Below are positions 35,205 to 45,753 of a DNA stretch of 64,000 nucleotides, piece by piece. Source of the DNA: an uncultured Planctomycetia bacterium (GTDB taxonomy: Bacteria; Omnitrophota; Gorgyraeia; VGKH01; JBHPFN01); assembly GCA_964406665.1 (NCBI GenBank), contig CAYOSQ010000004.1:49512-113511 (forward strand). The letters are read 5' to 3'. The notes under the pieces are model-generated. The model was not told where the DNA came from, searched no databases, and worked only from the letters and a program-made list of their open reading frames with translations. How positions within the stretch are numbered: position 1 is the first letter of the stretch; every line of letters begins with the position of its first letter. The translations under genes were made by a program, and so were the position numbers.

Positions 35205-36160
35205 AATTTTTCCTTTAAATATTCCAAGAAAATTTGCTCTTTGAGATTCTTATCCAATAAACCATAGATATCCAAAACAGAATCTATTACAGATGTTAAT
35301 TCTTTTGTTGAGAATTTATCTTTTAGTTCTTGTAAATCACGGACCCTATCTGCATGCACGATATTTTCTTGTGTCACCCCTGCTTTCAATAAAATTATAT
35401 CCCTTAACCAACTTATTATAATATTTAAATCTTCTTTAATATTATCTTTTTCCCGATAGCGTGAACTGAAAACTCCCTCCTTCATATTACCAGATAGAAA
35501 ACTATCAATTATATCATTCTTCTCATCCAAAATACTCTTATTTTCACTTTTTGCTATTGCCCTACCGATTCTCCCCTCAAAAAAGCTTGCCAAATAGCTA
35601 CCAGTCTTTGAGTCAACATTATAATCTTTCTGCAAAATACTATCCAACCTATGTGAATCAATCGTAGAAAACAATATCCTTTGACACCTAGAAGAGATTG
35701 TTTTAAAAACTAACTGCAAAGATACAGAGGTAAGAATAATGATGCTGCTACCTGGCGGCTCTTCAAGGGTTTTTAGTAAACAATTGGCTGCTTCCTCTGT
35801 TAAAAATTGCGCATCAGGAATAATAAATACTTTTCTTTTTGCCTCATAAGGCTTAAGATAAATCTCCTTTTCTAATCCACGTATATGAGCAATTTTAATG
35901 GAACTACTTTCATCAACACCTATCCAACGTACATCAGGATGTATATTATCCTCGATTTTTTTACAAGCAGCACACCTGCCACAAGCTTCCTGAGAATCGC
36001 TTTGACAATTAAGAAGTTTTGCAAAAAACTTTGCGGTTGATGATTTTCCTACGCCTTCAGGACCAAGAAATAGATACGCATGAGGAATCTTGCCACTTTT
36101 AACATAATTACGCAGCAAGTTAACTACCCTATCCTGTCCTTTTAACGAAGTCATATTCAT
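35192..36160 (-). CDS. holB: DNA polymerase III delta-prime subunit
   Basis: P-loop GPEGVGKSS and a zinc module CGRCAACKK. Confidence 0.75.
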   Translation of the reverse strand: MNMTSLKGQDRVVNLLRNYVKSGKIPHAYLFLGPEGVGKSSTAKFFAKLLNCQSDSQEACGRCAACKKIEDNIHPDVRWIGVDESSSIKIAHIRGLEKEIYLKPYEAKRKVFIIPDAQFLTEEAANCLLKTLEEPPGSSIIILTSVSLQLVFKTISSRCQRILFSTIDSHRLDSILQKDYNVDSKTGSYLASFFEGRIGRAIAKSENKSILDEKNDIIDSFLSGNMKEGVFSSRYREKDNIKEDLNIIISWLRDIILLKAGVTQENIVHADRVRDLQELKDKFSTKELTSVIDSVLDIYGLLDKNLKEQIFLEYLKEKLWKK

Positions 36161-36790
36161 CTACAATAACTTATCTATAAAATCTCTAATTATGGATTGA
36201 GTTATAAATCTATTATTCTTATCAACTCTGATGACTTTAATTCTTTTAGATTCTTTTTTAGCCAAATCGAGATACCCATTTCTAACCTTAAGATGATAAC
36301 GCAAAGATCTCAGCTCTATTCTATCTTTAACCCTTCCAGCTCTGCGCAATCCTTCTTTAGTTTCAATGTCTAATAAAAAAGTAATATCCGGATTTATTCC
36401 CTCTGTAACGAAGTTACCGATTTGCTTAATAGCTCTTATGTCTAATCCGTGACCATATCCTTGATAGACGACTGTGGCATCGAGAAATCTATCGCAGATT
36501 ACAATTTTACCCTTAGCTAATGCCGGTTTTATAATTTCATCAACCAGCTGTGCACGTGCTGACATGTAAAGCATAACTTCGCAAATATCCGAGATAGACT
36601 TATTTTTAGGATTTAATAAGATCTTTCTGACTTTCTCGCTAATATAAGTACTTCCCGGTTCACGTAATTCAACCACAGAGTAGCGCTTCTGCCTTAAATA
36701 ACTATGCAACATTTTTGCCTGGGTACTCTTACCAGAGCCTTCAGAACCTTCAAATGTTATGAACATACCTTTTATATTTTTCTTCGCCAC
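36161..36790 (-). CDS. tmk: thymidylate kinase
   Basis: FITFEGSEGSGKST P-loop; 209 aa. Confidence 0.8.
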   Translation of the reverse strand: MAKKNIKGMFITFEGSEGSGKSTQAKMLHSYLRQKRYSVVELREPGSTYISEKVRKILLNPKNKSISDICEVMLYMSARAQLVDEIIKPALAKGKIVICDRFLDATVVYQGYGHGLDIRAIKQIGNFVTEGINPDITFLLDIETKEGLRRAGRVKDRIELRSLRYHLKVRNGYLDLAKKESKRIKVIRVDKNNRFITQSIIRDFIDKLL

Positions 36791-38181
36791 GTAGTGCCGT
36801 CCTTTGCATCCTCTAAGATAATGCCTTTTTTATCGAGCTTTTCCCTAATTTCATCCGCTTCTTTGTATTTCTTTTCTTTTTTCAGAGCATTCCGAGCAGA
36901 AATATACCACTGAATCTTATCATCAGAAATCTCAGAAGACGCTTCTTTTATAAAAGTTAAGCCAAAAATATCAGCTATTTCTTTTATTATGCTCATAGCG
37001 TAACTCAATTTTAAGTCCTTGTATCGATCATTACCATCAAAAGTAATATGGCATTTGTTTACCATGTTATATAAAACAGCTAAAGCCTTAGGTGTATTAA
37101 AATCATCATCCATACACTTAATGAATTCGTCCCTAAATTGTCCAATCGCGCCAGTGTCACCATTAATCTTTTCACTCACATCTCTTGTCCCATATTTTCT
37201 ATCTAATTTTGTCATTAAAATATTGATCCGCTCATAAGCTTTTTTTGTTTCTTCCATCTTTTCTTTATTAAAATCAATTGGTTGAGAATAATGAGAGGAC
37301 AAGAAAAATAATTTTATAATGTTGGGGTCATACTTTTTAAGGACATCTTTAATTGTTACAAAATTTCCCAACGACTTTGCCATTTTTTGGCCGTTGATGG
37401 TAAGCAATCCGTGGTGTATCCAATATTTTACAAACGGCTTTCCTGTTTTTGCCTCAGACTGGGCAATTTCATTCTCATGATGAGGAAAGATGAGATCTCG
37501 CCCTCCTGCATGAATATCAAACGTATCCCCTAAATAACGCATGCTCATTGCAGAGCATTCAATATGCCATCCTGGCCTTCCTTTTCCCCAAGGGCTATCC
37601 CAAAAAGGTTCGTCTTCTTTTGAATTTTTCCAAAGAGCAAAATCTAAAGGGTTTTCTTTTTTCTCATTAGTCTCAATACGCGAACCGGCCTGTATCTGCT
37701 CTAAACTTTGATGAGAAAGCTTACCGTATTCTTTAAATTTTCTTACCCTAAAATACACATCGCCTTCTTTTTCATAGGCATAATCTTCTTTCAATAATTT
37801 CTTGATATGTTCTTTAATTTCTTCAATATGTTTTGTTGCTCTCGGCTCCTTATCCGCCTCCCCTATTCCCAACGCTTGAATATCTTCCTTATAGCTTTTG
37901 ATATACTTTTCTGCTACCTCGGCTGTGCTTTTGCCTTGTTCGCGTGCTTTATTAATAATTTTATCGTCTATATCAGTAACGTTGCGTATAAATTTGACTT
38001 TGAAACCTCGATAAGCAAGATATTTTTTGATGTAATCAAAAATAAATAAACTACGCGCATGACCAAGATGACAATGATCATACACGGTAACACCGCAAGA
38101 ATACATTCCTACCTTATCTTTTTTAATAGGTTTAAAATCTTCCTTCTTTTGAGTTAAGGAATTATGTATACGTATTGTCAT
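36772..38181 (-). CDS. cysS: cysteine--tRNA ligase
   Basis: HLGHARS (HIGH-type) and KMAKSLGN (KMSKS-type) motifs. Confidence 0.85.
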   Translation of the reverse strand: MTIRIHNSLTQKKEDFKPIKKDKVGMYSCGVTVYDHCHLGHARSLFIFDYIKKYLAYRGFKVKFIRNVTDIDDKIINKAREQGKSTAEVAEKYIKSYKEDIQALGIGEADKEPRATKHIEEIKEHIKKLLKEDYAYEKEGDVYFRVRKFKEYGKLSHQSLEQIQAGSRIETNEKKENPLDFALWKNSKEDEPFWDSPWGKGRPGWHIECSAMSMRYLGDTFDIHAGGRDLIFPHHENEIAQSEAKTGKPFVKYWIHHGLLTINGQKMAKSLGNFVTIKDVLKKYDPNIIKLFFLSSHYSQPIDFNKEKMEETKKAYERINILMTKLDRKYGTRDVSEKINGDTGAIGQFRDEFIKCMDDDFNTPKALAVLYNMVNKCHITFDGNDRYKDLKLSYAMSIIKEIADIFGLTFIKEASSEISDDKIQWYISARNALKKEKKYKEADEIREKLDKKGIILEDAKDGTTWRRKI

Positions 38182-38193
38182 CTGTGATTTTTA

Positions 38194-38871
38194 CTATTTC
38201 TTCTCAAGAGAGTTGACTTTTTTCTGCAATTCCTCGATTCGTTGCATAACAGGGTCTAGAATATGGGCGTGATCAAGAGTTACATCTATCTTTTTACCTT
38301 CTTGCTTAGTAATTCTACCCGGGACACCAACTACAGTTGAATTAGGAGGAACATCTTTTATCACAACAGCGTTTGCCCCTACATATGAATTATCTCCTAC
38401 TGTTATATTACCTAAAACTTTTGCACCTGTACCAATTACAACGTTGTTTCTGATGGTAGGGTGGCGCTTACCCTGCTCTTTTCCAGTTCCGCCTAAAGTA
38501 ACACCTTGAAACAAAGTTACATTATTTCCAATAATTGAAGTCTCACCAACTACTACCCCCATGCCATGATCTATAAACAAACCAGTGCCAATCTGTGCAC
38601 CCGGATGAATTTCTATTCCAGTAAAAAAACGACCTATTTGGCTAATCAACCTCGGGAAAAACGGTATTTTAAAGGATAAAAGTTTATGGGCTAACCTATA
38701 CAAAACAATTGCATGAAACCCTGAGTAAAGCAAAAGAATCTCAAAATCGTTTCGTGCGGCAGGGTCTCTATCCCTGGCAGCTTTTAATTCCCTACGGTAA
38801 AGTAACCAAACAATAACCATAATGAGAACTAAAGCAAATACTGTCATAAAGAATGAATACATGCAAATCAT
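38194..38871 (-). CDS. cysE: serine O-acetyltransferase
   Basis: Left-handed beta-helix hexapeptide repeats, with the N-terminal CysE-like region. Confidence 0.7.
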   Translation of the reverse strand: MICMYSFFMTVFALVLIMVIVWLLYRRELKAARDRDPAARNDFEILLLYSGFHAIVLYRLAHKLLSFKIPFFPRLISQIGRFFTGIEIHPGAQIGTGLFIDHGMGVVVGETSIIGNNVTLFQGVTLGGTGKEQGKRHPTIRNNVVIGTGAKVLGNITVGDNSYVGANAVVIKDVPPNSTVVGVPGRITKQEGKKIDVTLDHAHILDPVMQRIEELQKKVNSLEKK

Positions 38872-38895
38872 AATCTACCTCTTTTAATTAAATTA

Positions 38896-39375
38896 TTATT
38901 TTTTCTCTAACAAAGCAACTGCGTAAGCAGAAATTGCTTCCTGGTTTCCGATAAGCCCTAACATTTCCTGGGTCTTTGCTTTTACGTTTACGCGTTCCTT
39001 ATCTATTTGCAAGATTTCAGCTATAGATTTCTTTATCTCATCCTTAAAAGAATTTAACTTAGGACTCTGCGCAACTACTACCGTATCAATATTGCTAACC
39101 TCATAACCATTCTTTTTTATCAGGCCATCTACTTCTTTCATCAATATTGCACTTGAGATATCTTTATATTTTTTGTCGGTATCAGGAAAAAGTTCTCCGA
39201 TATCCTTTTCTCCTGCAGCACCTAAAAGTGCATCAGAAATAGCATGCAAGAGAACATCGGCGTCCGAATGACCCAAAAGTCCTTTTGTATGAGGTATCTC
39301 GAGACCGCCAATAATTAACTTTCTACCCTCAACAAGCTTATGTATATCGTAACCTATTCCAATTTTTAGATTCAT
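38896..39375 (-). CDS. ispF: 2-C-methyl-D-erythritol 2,4-cyclodiphosphate synthase
   Basis: 159 aa with the IspF motif DIHKL...HSDADV. Confidence 0.8.
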   Translation of the reverse strand: MNLKIGIGYDIHKLVEGRKLIIGGLEIPHTKGLLGHSDADVLLHAISDALLGAAGEKDIGELFPDTDKKYKDISSAILMKEVDGLIKKNGYEVSNIDTVVVAQSPKLNSFKDEIKKSIAEILQIDKERVNVKAKTQEMLGLIGNQEAISAYAVALLEKK

Positions 39376-39376
39376 T

Positions 39377-40057
39377 TTATCTCAAAAGTAATTTTGCAAA
39401 TAAAAGGTCTTCCGGTGTGGTAATCTTTATATTTCTATATGAATCTTTAACTATTCTTACCTTGTATCCTAATTTCTCAACCAATAACGAATCATCACTA
39501 GGTAATTTTGATTTCTTACTTAAGTTTTTATATGCACGCTCTATTATATCTTTTCTGAAAACCTGAGGAGTGTGTACCTCCCAAAGGAAAGATCTGTCCA
39601 AAGTCCTGACTATTTCTTTCTTTTCTAAATTTACTTTCTTTATTGTTGGCTTAACCGGCACAGCTAAAATAGCACTACCAAAACGTTTTGCCTCGTTGAT
39701 GACCTTAGAAACAAATTCTTTTTCAACGAGCGGACGCGCTCCATCATGAACAAGCACTAGATCAACGTTTTTATCAATTTGGCGTAAACCGTTTTTTACA
39801 GAAAAAGCTCTTTCAACTCCTCCGGCAACAACTTTACGAACCTTGCTTAACCTATGCTTATTTACAAGATTCTCTACTTTAGAAATATCACCTCTTTGAA
39901 CCACCACAACAATTTCTTTTATATCTTTTATTTTGGAAAGAGCTATAAGCGTATGTATAAGTATTGGTTTCTTCTCTAAAGATACCAACGCCTTGGATGA
40001 TTTTCTAACAAGGCGTTTACCTTGACCTGCTGCCGGAACAATTGCAACTACTCTCAT
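39377..40057 (-). CDS. ispD: 2-C-methyl-D-erythritol 4-phosphate cytidylyltransferase
   Basis: N-terminus [11 protein letters not shown]; adjacent to ispF. Confidence 0.8.
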   Translation of the reverse strand: MRVVAIVPAAGQGKRLVRKSSKALVSLEKKPILIHTLIALSKIKDIKEIVVVVQRGDISKVENLVNKHRLSKVRKVVAGGVERAFSVKNGLRQIDKNVDLVLVHDGARPLVEKEFVSKVINEAKRFGSAILAVPVKPTIKKVNLEKKEIVRTLDRSFLWEVHTPQVFRKDIIERAYKNLSKKSKLPSDDSLLVEKLGYKVRIVKDSYRNIKITTPEDLLFAKLLLR

Positions 40058-41037
40058 TTATGTTCTAATTTAGAAAATATCATTCTTCCAGCCTGAGTCT
40101 GCAAAACAGAAGTAACCAGAACCTTAACCTGTTGACCGAGAAGCCTACGAGCATCTTCAACAACAATCATAGTGCCATCATCTAAATAGGCTATAGCCTG
40201 ATTGTGTTCTTTGCCTTCTTTAAGAAGCCTTACTTCCATGCTTTCCCCTGGGAAAACTACAGGCTTTAAAGCATTAGCTAATTCATTTACATTTAAAATT
40301 TTTACTCCCTGCAAAGCTGCAATTCTATTTAGATTAAAATCGGTGGTAAACACTTTTGCCTCAAGCATCTTTGCTAGAATTATCAGCTTAGAATCAACGT
40401 CCCCAGAACCCGGAACATCTTCTTCGTGAATCCTTACTTCAATACCATCTTCTTTCTGAATACTTCTTAATAACTCTAAACCACGTCGACCACGCTGCCT
40501 TTTTATAGCATCGGAAGAATCAGCAACCTGCTGCAGTTCTTTTAAAACGAAACGAGGAACAACTATTTTAGATTCAAGAAATCTTGTTTTATAAATATCA
40601 ACTACTCTACCATCTATAATCGCGCTGGTATCCAGAAGCACAACTTCATCTTTCTGATCCTGTCTACGGAATCTTACATAAGGTATTATAATATTAAATT
40701 CATCCTTACCTCGTAAGGCCATAACCGCCCCTAAATAAGCAAATATTAACGTTAAAATTACCCTGCTTAAAGATAAAACAATCTGAGAAAGAGGCAATAT
40801 AGACAAAATATCACTAATAAGCTTCGCCATAATAATACCTAAAGCTAAACCAAAAACTAAACTTGATAACCCTCTTAAAGATACTCTTCTCAAGCAAACT
40901 TCTAATCCGATTAAAACAACACTTAAAACCAAACCTCCAGCTGCTCCCTGAAGCGGCAAGCTGTTCATATCGCCGACCTGAAAACCAACAACGATACTAA
41001 TAAACATAAAAAGAATACGAATAAGGTATAACGCCAT
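40054..41037 (-). CDS. PIN/TRAM domain membrane protein (YacL-like)
   Basis: N-terminal TM helices and a PIN-like core. Conserved position between radA and ispD, as in Bacillus. Confidence 0.6.
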   Translation of the reverse strand: MALYLIRILFMFISIVVGFQVGDMNSLPLQGAAGGLVLSVVLIGLEVCLRRVSLRGLSSLVFGLALGIIMAKLISDILSILPLSQIVLSLSRVILTLIFAYLGAVMALRGKDEFNIIIPYVRFRRQDQKDEVVLLDTSAIIDGRVVDIYKTRFLESKIVVPRFVLKELQQVADSSDAIKRQRGRRGLELLRSIQKEDGIEVRIHEEDVPGSGDVDSKLIILAKMLEAKVFTTDFNLNRIAALQGVKILNVNELANALKPVVFPGESMEVRLLKEGKEHNQAIAYLDDGTMIVVEDARRLLGQQVKVLVTSVLQTQAGRMIFSKLEHK

Positions 41038-41068
41038 AAAATATCACTCCCTTCAAAAATATAAAAAA

Positions 41069-42430
41069 TTATAAATATTCCAGGGCTTCTTTAACCCCGA
41101 TAACCGGCACAATTTCAATACCGGATCTTTTAATAAAATCTTTTGATTTTAAATTGTTTTTTGGCAAAATGCAACGTTTAAAACCAAGTTTCTCTGCCTC
41201 ATTAACCCTTATCATCGCCTGAGAAATACTGCGTACCTCAGCAGCCAATCCCACTTCACCTAAAACAGCTAAATCACCGGCAATTGCCTTATTTTTCATC
41301 GCAGACGCAATTGCTATAACAACTCCTAAATCAGCAGCGGGATCTTCAAGCGTAACTCCGCCGGCAACATTTACAAAAACATCTTTATCCCACAATTCCA
41401 AACCTAGTTTTTTCTCCAAAACGGCAACCAGTAAACTAAGCCGGTTAAAATCCATACCCTGAGCCCTACGTCTTGGTAAACCATAACTTGTCTTACTAAC
41501 CAAAGCCTGTACTTCAACTAATATCGGGCGAGTTCCCTCTAAGACAGGAATAACAACTGAGCCAGACACATGCTGTGGTCTCTCCGATAAAAAAACCTCT
41601 GAAGGATTCTTGACCTCAATCAACCCAGAGGAAGACATTTCAAATACACCGATTTCATTAGTTGAACCAAATCTATTTTTGGTAGTTCTAAGTATACGAT
41701 GAGTTAAATAGCGCTCACCTTCAAAATATAATACTGTATCAACTATATGCTCTAAAACCTTGGGTCCAGCGAATGACCCTTCTTTAGTTACATGACCGAT
41801 TATAAATAAAGAAATTCCGGAAGTCTTTGCCAGCTGAGTTAAAACTCCAGCACATTCTTTTACCTGACTAACGCTTCCCGGAGATGAAGTTAATTCAGGC
41901 CTATAAATTACCTGTATCGAGTCAATAATAACAAAATCGGGAGAAAGCTTCTTTATATATTCTACAATTACATCCAGATTTATTTCATTTACAATATAAA
42001 GATTATCGCTTTTTGCAGACTGTAGCCGATTAGCCCTTAGTTTTGTTTGCTTGACCGATTCTTCTCCGCTAACATATAAAACCTTATATCCACCGGCTGA
42101 TAATCTACAAGAAGTTTGTAGAGATAGCGTAGATTTTCCTATCCCTGGATCTCCTCCAACTAAAACCACAGAACCACGAACAATGCCATCTCCCAAAACA
42201 CGATCTAGCTCTTCTATCCCAATTTTAATGCGGGATTCTTCTTTTATGTCCACCTGAGATAACAAAACCGGAGGGGCAGAAGATGCTCTTACCTGTTCCC
42301 GAGAAGTTGTAGCTGTTGAATTAATTTCTTCGGAAAGAGAATTCCAGCTGTCACAATTAGTACACTTGCCTTGCCATTTGGGAGTTTGAGCTCCACAGCT
42401 CTGGCAGACAAAAATAGTTTTGGTTTTCAC
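41069..42430 (-). CDS. radA: DNA repair protein RadA/Sms
   Basis: N-terminal zinc finger CQSCG...CTNC, a RecA-like ATPase (GDPGIGKST), and a Lon-like C-terminus. Confidence 0.85.
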   Translation of the reverse strand: MKTKTIFVCQSCGAQTPKWQGKCTNCDSWNSLSEEINSTATTSREQVRASSAPPVLLSQVDIKEESRIKIGIEELDRVLGDGIVRGSVVLVGGDPGIGKSTLSLQTSCRLSAGGYKVLYVSGEESVKQTKLRANRLQSAKSDNLYIVNEINLDVIVEYIKKLSPDFVIIDSIQVIYRPELTSSPGSVSQVKECAGVLTQLAKTSGISLFIIGHVTKEGSFAGPKVLEHIVDTVLYFEGERYLTHRILRTTKNRFGSTNEIGVFEMSSSGLIEVKNPSEVFLSERPQHVSGSVVIPVLEGTRPILVEVQALVSKTSYGLPRRRAQGMDFNRLSLLVAVLEKKLGLELWDKDVFVNVAGGVTLEDPAADLGVVIAIASAMKNKAIAGDLAVLGEVGLAAEVRSISQAMIRVNEAEKLGFKRCILPKNNLKSKDFIKRSGIEIVPVIGVKEALEYL

Positions 42431-42436
42431 GTGTTT

Positions 42437-43117
42437 TTACTTTTTATGTATAAGCTTCCAAGGATTTTTCTTTAAATCGTCAGCTAATATTTCTAAATCT
42501 CTATAGATTGAATCATCATTTAAAAACATTCCCAAAGTACCCTTCCCTTCATCAATCTTACGCGTTATAGAGTTTAGATGCGCTAAGAATTCTTTTATAT
42601 CAGCTTGAGCTTGTTCATCGCCCATGACTTCATTGAACTCTTCTATACTGCTTTCTAATTTTGCAGCTATCTTTTTACCTAAATTAGTTAACTCCTGCGT
42701 TGCCATTGGATCTTCTCCTATAGCGATATCTCCTGGTTTAATAAATTCAGAATAATCTGATCCGGGAATAATTTCTATATACTTCTCACCTAAAAGTCCC
42801 AAGGTATTAACCCAAACCCTTGAATCCTTAGGGATTTTTAAACCGCTCTTAAGCCAAAGGGTTATTTCTACCTTTGTCTTTTGTTCATTGTGATCAAAAA
42901 ATATTACTGTATCCTTTACTGTTCCGGCATCAACACCGGCAATTCGAACAGGCGATGCAGCCTTAACTCCGTTAGCAAAACCGAATACTGCCTTCATCTC
43001 CCATCCGGGATTAAAAAAAGCCATATCACCAATTAAAAATACAAGTCCAAAAAGAAGGATAAAGCCAAAAAATACAAATACACCAACTTTCAATTCTAAT
43101 CTTTTTTCTTTAGCCAT
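42437..43117 (-). CDS. mlaD: MlaD-like MCE-domain protein
   Basis: N-terminal TM anchor and an MCE domain; adjacent to mlaF and mlaE. Confidence 0.65.
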   Translation of the reverse strand: MAKEKRLELKVGVFVFFGFILLFGLVFLIGDMAFFNPGWEMKAVFGFANGVKAASPVRIAGVDAGTVKDTVIFFDHNEQKTKVEITLWLKSGLKIPKDSRVWVNTLGLLGEKYIEIIPGSDYSEFIKPGDIAIGEDPMATQELTNLGKKIAAKLESSIEEFNEVMGDEQAQADIKEFLAHLNSITRKIDEGKGTLGMFLNDDSIYRDLEILADDLKKNPWKLIHKK

Positions 43118-43129
43118 GAGTAATACCTC

Positions 43130-43912
43130 CTAATCAACATTCATTAAATTACCAAAAACTAGGTTTTCTGCATCGGTAATCGGACCGTTTGCAGCTCCGG
43201 TAATAAACTGTCTTACTACCGGGTGAGTAGTATTTTGAATCTCAGCAGAATTTCCCTCCGCTATAACTCTTCCTCGATACAACATAGCGATTCTATCGGC
43301 GATTTTATATGCGCTGTTCATATCGTGAGTTACAACTATTGAAGTTACTTTTAATTTATCATGTAAATCTTTTATCAAATCATTTATTGCATCAGCAGCA
43401 ATGGGATCAAGCCCGGTAGTTGGTTCATCGTATAGAATAATTTTAGGACGCATACATACAGCTCGGGCTAAGGCAACACGTTTTTTCATGCCACCGCTTA
43501 TCTCTGAAGGCATTTTATCATTAATGTTTTTAAGTCCGACTAAAGCCAAGGATTCCTCAACTCTTTGCCTGATAATACTTCTATCGAGCTTGGAATATTC
43601 GTATAAAACGAAACCAACATTCTCTTCAACGGTTAAAGAATCAAAAAGTGCACCACCTTGAAAAACCATACCAATTTGCATGCGTACCTTATCCATCTCT
43701 TTTTCATCGAGCTCATTTACAATCTTATTTTCTACAGAAATTGTACCTGCATCCGGTTCTAATACGCCCACAATGTGTTTAAGCAAAACGCTTTTACCGC
43801 AACCAGACCTACCAATAATAACTTTGGTCTCCCCTTCATTAATCTCTAAGGAGCAATTATCCAAGACCCGAAACGAATGAAATGATTTGTATAATTTTTC
43901 TATCTTTATCAT
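43130..43912 (-). CDS. mlaF: ABC transporter ATP-binding protein MlaF
   Basis: Walker A GRSGCGKS, signature LSGGMKKR, Walker B ILYDEP. Confidence 0.7.
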   Translation of the reverse strand: MIKIEKLYKSFHSFRVLDNCSLEINEGETKVIIGRSGCGKSVLLKHIVGVLEPDAGTISVENKIVNELDEKEMDKVRMQIGMVFQGGALFDSLTVEENVGFVLYEYSKLDRSIIRQRVEESLALVGLKNINDKMPSEISGGMKKRVALARAVCMRPKIILYDEPTTGLDPIAADAINDLIKDLHDKLKVTSIVVTHDMNSAYKIADRIAMLYRGRVIAEGNSAEIQNTTHPVVRQFITGAANGPITDAENLVFGNLMNVD

Positions 43913-44685
43913 GACTGAAATACAAAATAAAATAATGCCGTAAAGAAAGCATCACAAATAATAATTAAAATAAACGAAGAAACAACAGAAACTGTCGTTG
44001 CTTTTCCAACGCCCTCTGCTCCACCCTGTGTCTTTAAACCCTCATAACAACCAACCAGAGCTATTATCATACCGAAAAAGACAGTTTTAATAAGTCCCGT
44101 AGAAACATCTTTAACAAGCAAAGAGTCAAATGTCATACGCATATACATCCAAGGACCAATATTCAATTTGAATACACAAATGATGAAACCGCCGATTATC
44201 CCCAATACATCAGCATAAATAGTGAGTATGGGAAGCATTATTACCAGTGCCAGAAACCGAGGAACCACCAAATACTTTATCGGACTTGTGCGCAAAGTGC
44301 GCAGAGCATCTACCTGCTCTGTAACGGTCATTGAACCAATTTCAGCGGTTATCGCAGCCCCAATCCTTCCGGCGACAATTAAAGAAGTTAAAACAGGTGC
44401 TAATTCTCTGGTTATTGAAACGGCAACAACGTTTGCAATATACATCTCTGAAGATAGTTTTTTCATCTGGTATGCCATTTGCAAAGCCATGATCATACCG
44501 ATAAACAAACCAATCAAAGAAACTATGGGAAAACTTTCAATGCCAACTCTTTTGCATTGAACCATTATTCTATCTTTATTAAACGGTCGTGCCGGTATGA
44601 GAAGAATAGTATTAATGCATAAAAGAGACATCTTCCCTATGTGCTCAACGAAGTTTACGGCCTTATCTTTTATTGCATGAAGCAA
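43909..44685 (-). CDS. mlaE: ABC transporter permease MlaE
   Basis: MlaE/YrbE-like polytopic permease. Confidence 0.7.
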   Translation of the reverse strand: MLHAIKDKAVNFVEHIGKMSLLCINTILLIPARPFNKDRIMVQCKRVGIESFPIVSLIGLFIGMIMALQMAYQMKKLSSEMYIANVVAVSITRELAPVLTSLIVAGRIGAAITAEIGSMTVTEQVDALRTLRTSPIKYLVVPRFLALVIMLPILTIYADVLGIIGGFIICVFKLNIGPWMYMRMTFDSLLVKDVSTGLIKTVFFGMIIALVGCYEGLKTQGGAEGVGKATTVSVVSSFILIIICDAFFTALFYFVFQS

Positions 44686-44697
44686 GCTTTCCTCCTT

Positions 44698-45753
44698 TTA
44701 AAACTTTAAAGTATGTTCCAAGCCTAAAATTTCTTCATCTCCTTTAAAGCGAAATTTTAGAGGCTGACTTGGAGACGGGCTAAGCTTAAGCTCTAGCTCC
44801 TCCCTATCTTCCATGTAATTTTTTTTGCGCTCAACAACCCATGTCTGCCCACCGAAAGAATCACTGTCTCCTTGATAAAATATTAAATTATGGCTTTCCG
44901 ATTCAAAGTCATTAATAGCTTCGAGGTCTATACTACCGTCTATCACATATGCAAATCCATTCTTCTCGACAATTCCGGAATCTACGATATGCATAAGAGG
45001 ATAAATTCCTGCAAAATTTATTATTGCCTTCTCAAAGTTTAACTCATCAAAATTTCCATCTTGAGCTCTTATGCGTCCCTTAATATAAAAACTTGGCGCT
45101 TTACCCTTAATATTAATCTCTCCGTCAACCAACCCGGTCATAATAAGATCTTTCTGGTAAAAGCCTAAAAAAGTTGCTAATTCATTAACATCCATATCGG
45201 TTATTACAACATCTAAATCCATTTCTTGAGGAGAAGCAAACTTTACAGTTCCATCTATTTCTATATCTCCCCAAACAAAATCTAAGATATCTATTCCAGA
45301 GTTATCCAACTTAAAGCTACCCTTCATTTCTTTTAAAGGTTTATAATTCAAAAGAGAATATTTTGCCTGTACCTTTCCTTCAATATGTGTCGGGCTTCCC
45401 TGTGAATCTCTGGCTATTTTTCCGTTCCCAACAAGCTCAGTAGAAAGATCATAATTAAGTATCTTAATATGATCCAATTCAGCATTAAGCTTGAAAGTAT
45501 CGTTAGATAAAAACTTAAATTTTACATTTAACGATTCTTGTTTATCAAAATCAAGCTGTAGTTGAAATATCTTATTTAAAAAATCAAAACTAGCATCAAG
45601 AACACAAACAACACCGGCATCAATATTGGTTAACGGAACGGGAGCTTGAACTCCCAAAAAACCGGCTGCGACATCTGCTTGTGCAAAAACATAAGAAACT
45701 GCACCTAACAAAAATACGATAAACAACAAAATTATAAATATTCTTTTACTCAT
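44698..45753 (-). CDS. secreted beta-rich hypothetical protein (351 aa)
   Basis: Signal peptide [24 protein letters not shown], followed by repetitive beta-strand-like segments. Upstream of mlaEFD. Confidence 0.5.
   Translation of the reverse strand: MSKRIFIILLFIVFLLGAVSYVFAQADVAAGFLGVQAPVPLTNIDAGVVCVLDASFDFLNKIFQLQLDFDKQESLNVKFKFLSNDTFKLNAELDHIKILNYDLSTELVGNGKIARDSQGSPTHIEGKVQAKYSLLNYKPLKEMKGSFKLDNSGIDILDFVWGDIEIDGTVKFASPQEMDLDVVITDMDVNELATFLGFYQKDLIMTGLVDGEINIKGKAPSFYIKGRIRAQDGNFDELNFEKAIINFAGIYPLMHIVDSGIVEKNGFAYVIDGSIDLEAINDFESESHNLIFYQGDSDSFGGQTWVVERKKNYMEDREELELKLSPSPSQPLKFRFKGDEEILGLEHTLKF

Noticed and set aside
36704-36913. 69-aa plus-strand ORF at the tmk/cysS junction
   Set aside because: It is antisense to the overlapping tmk and cysS genes.
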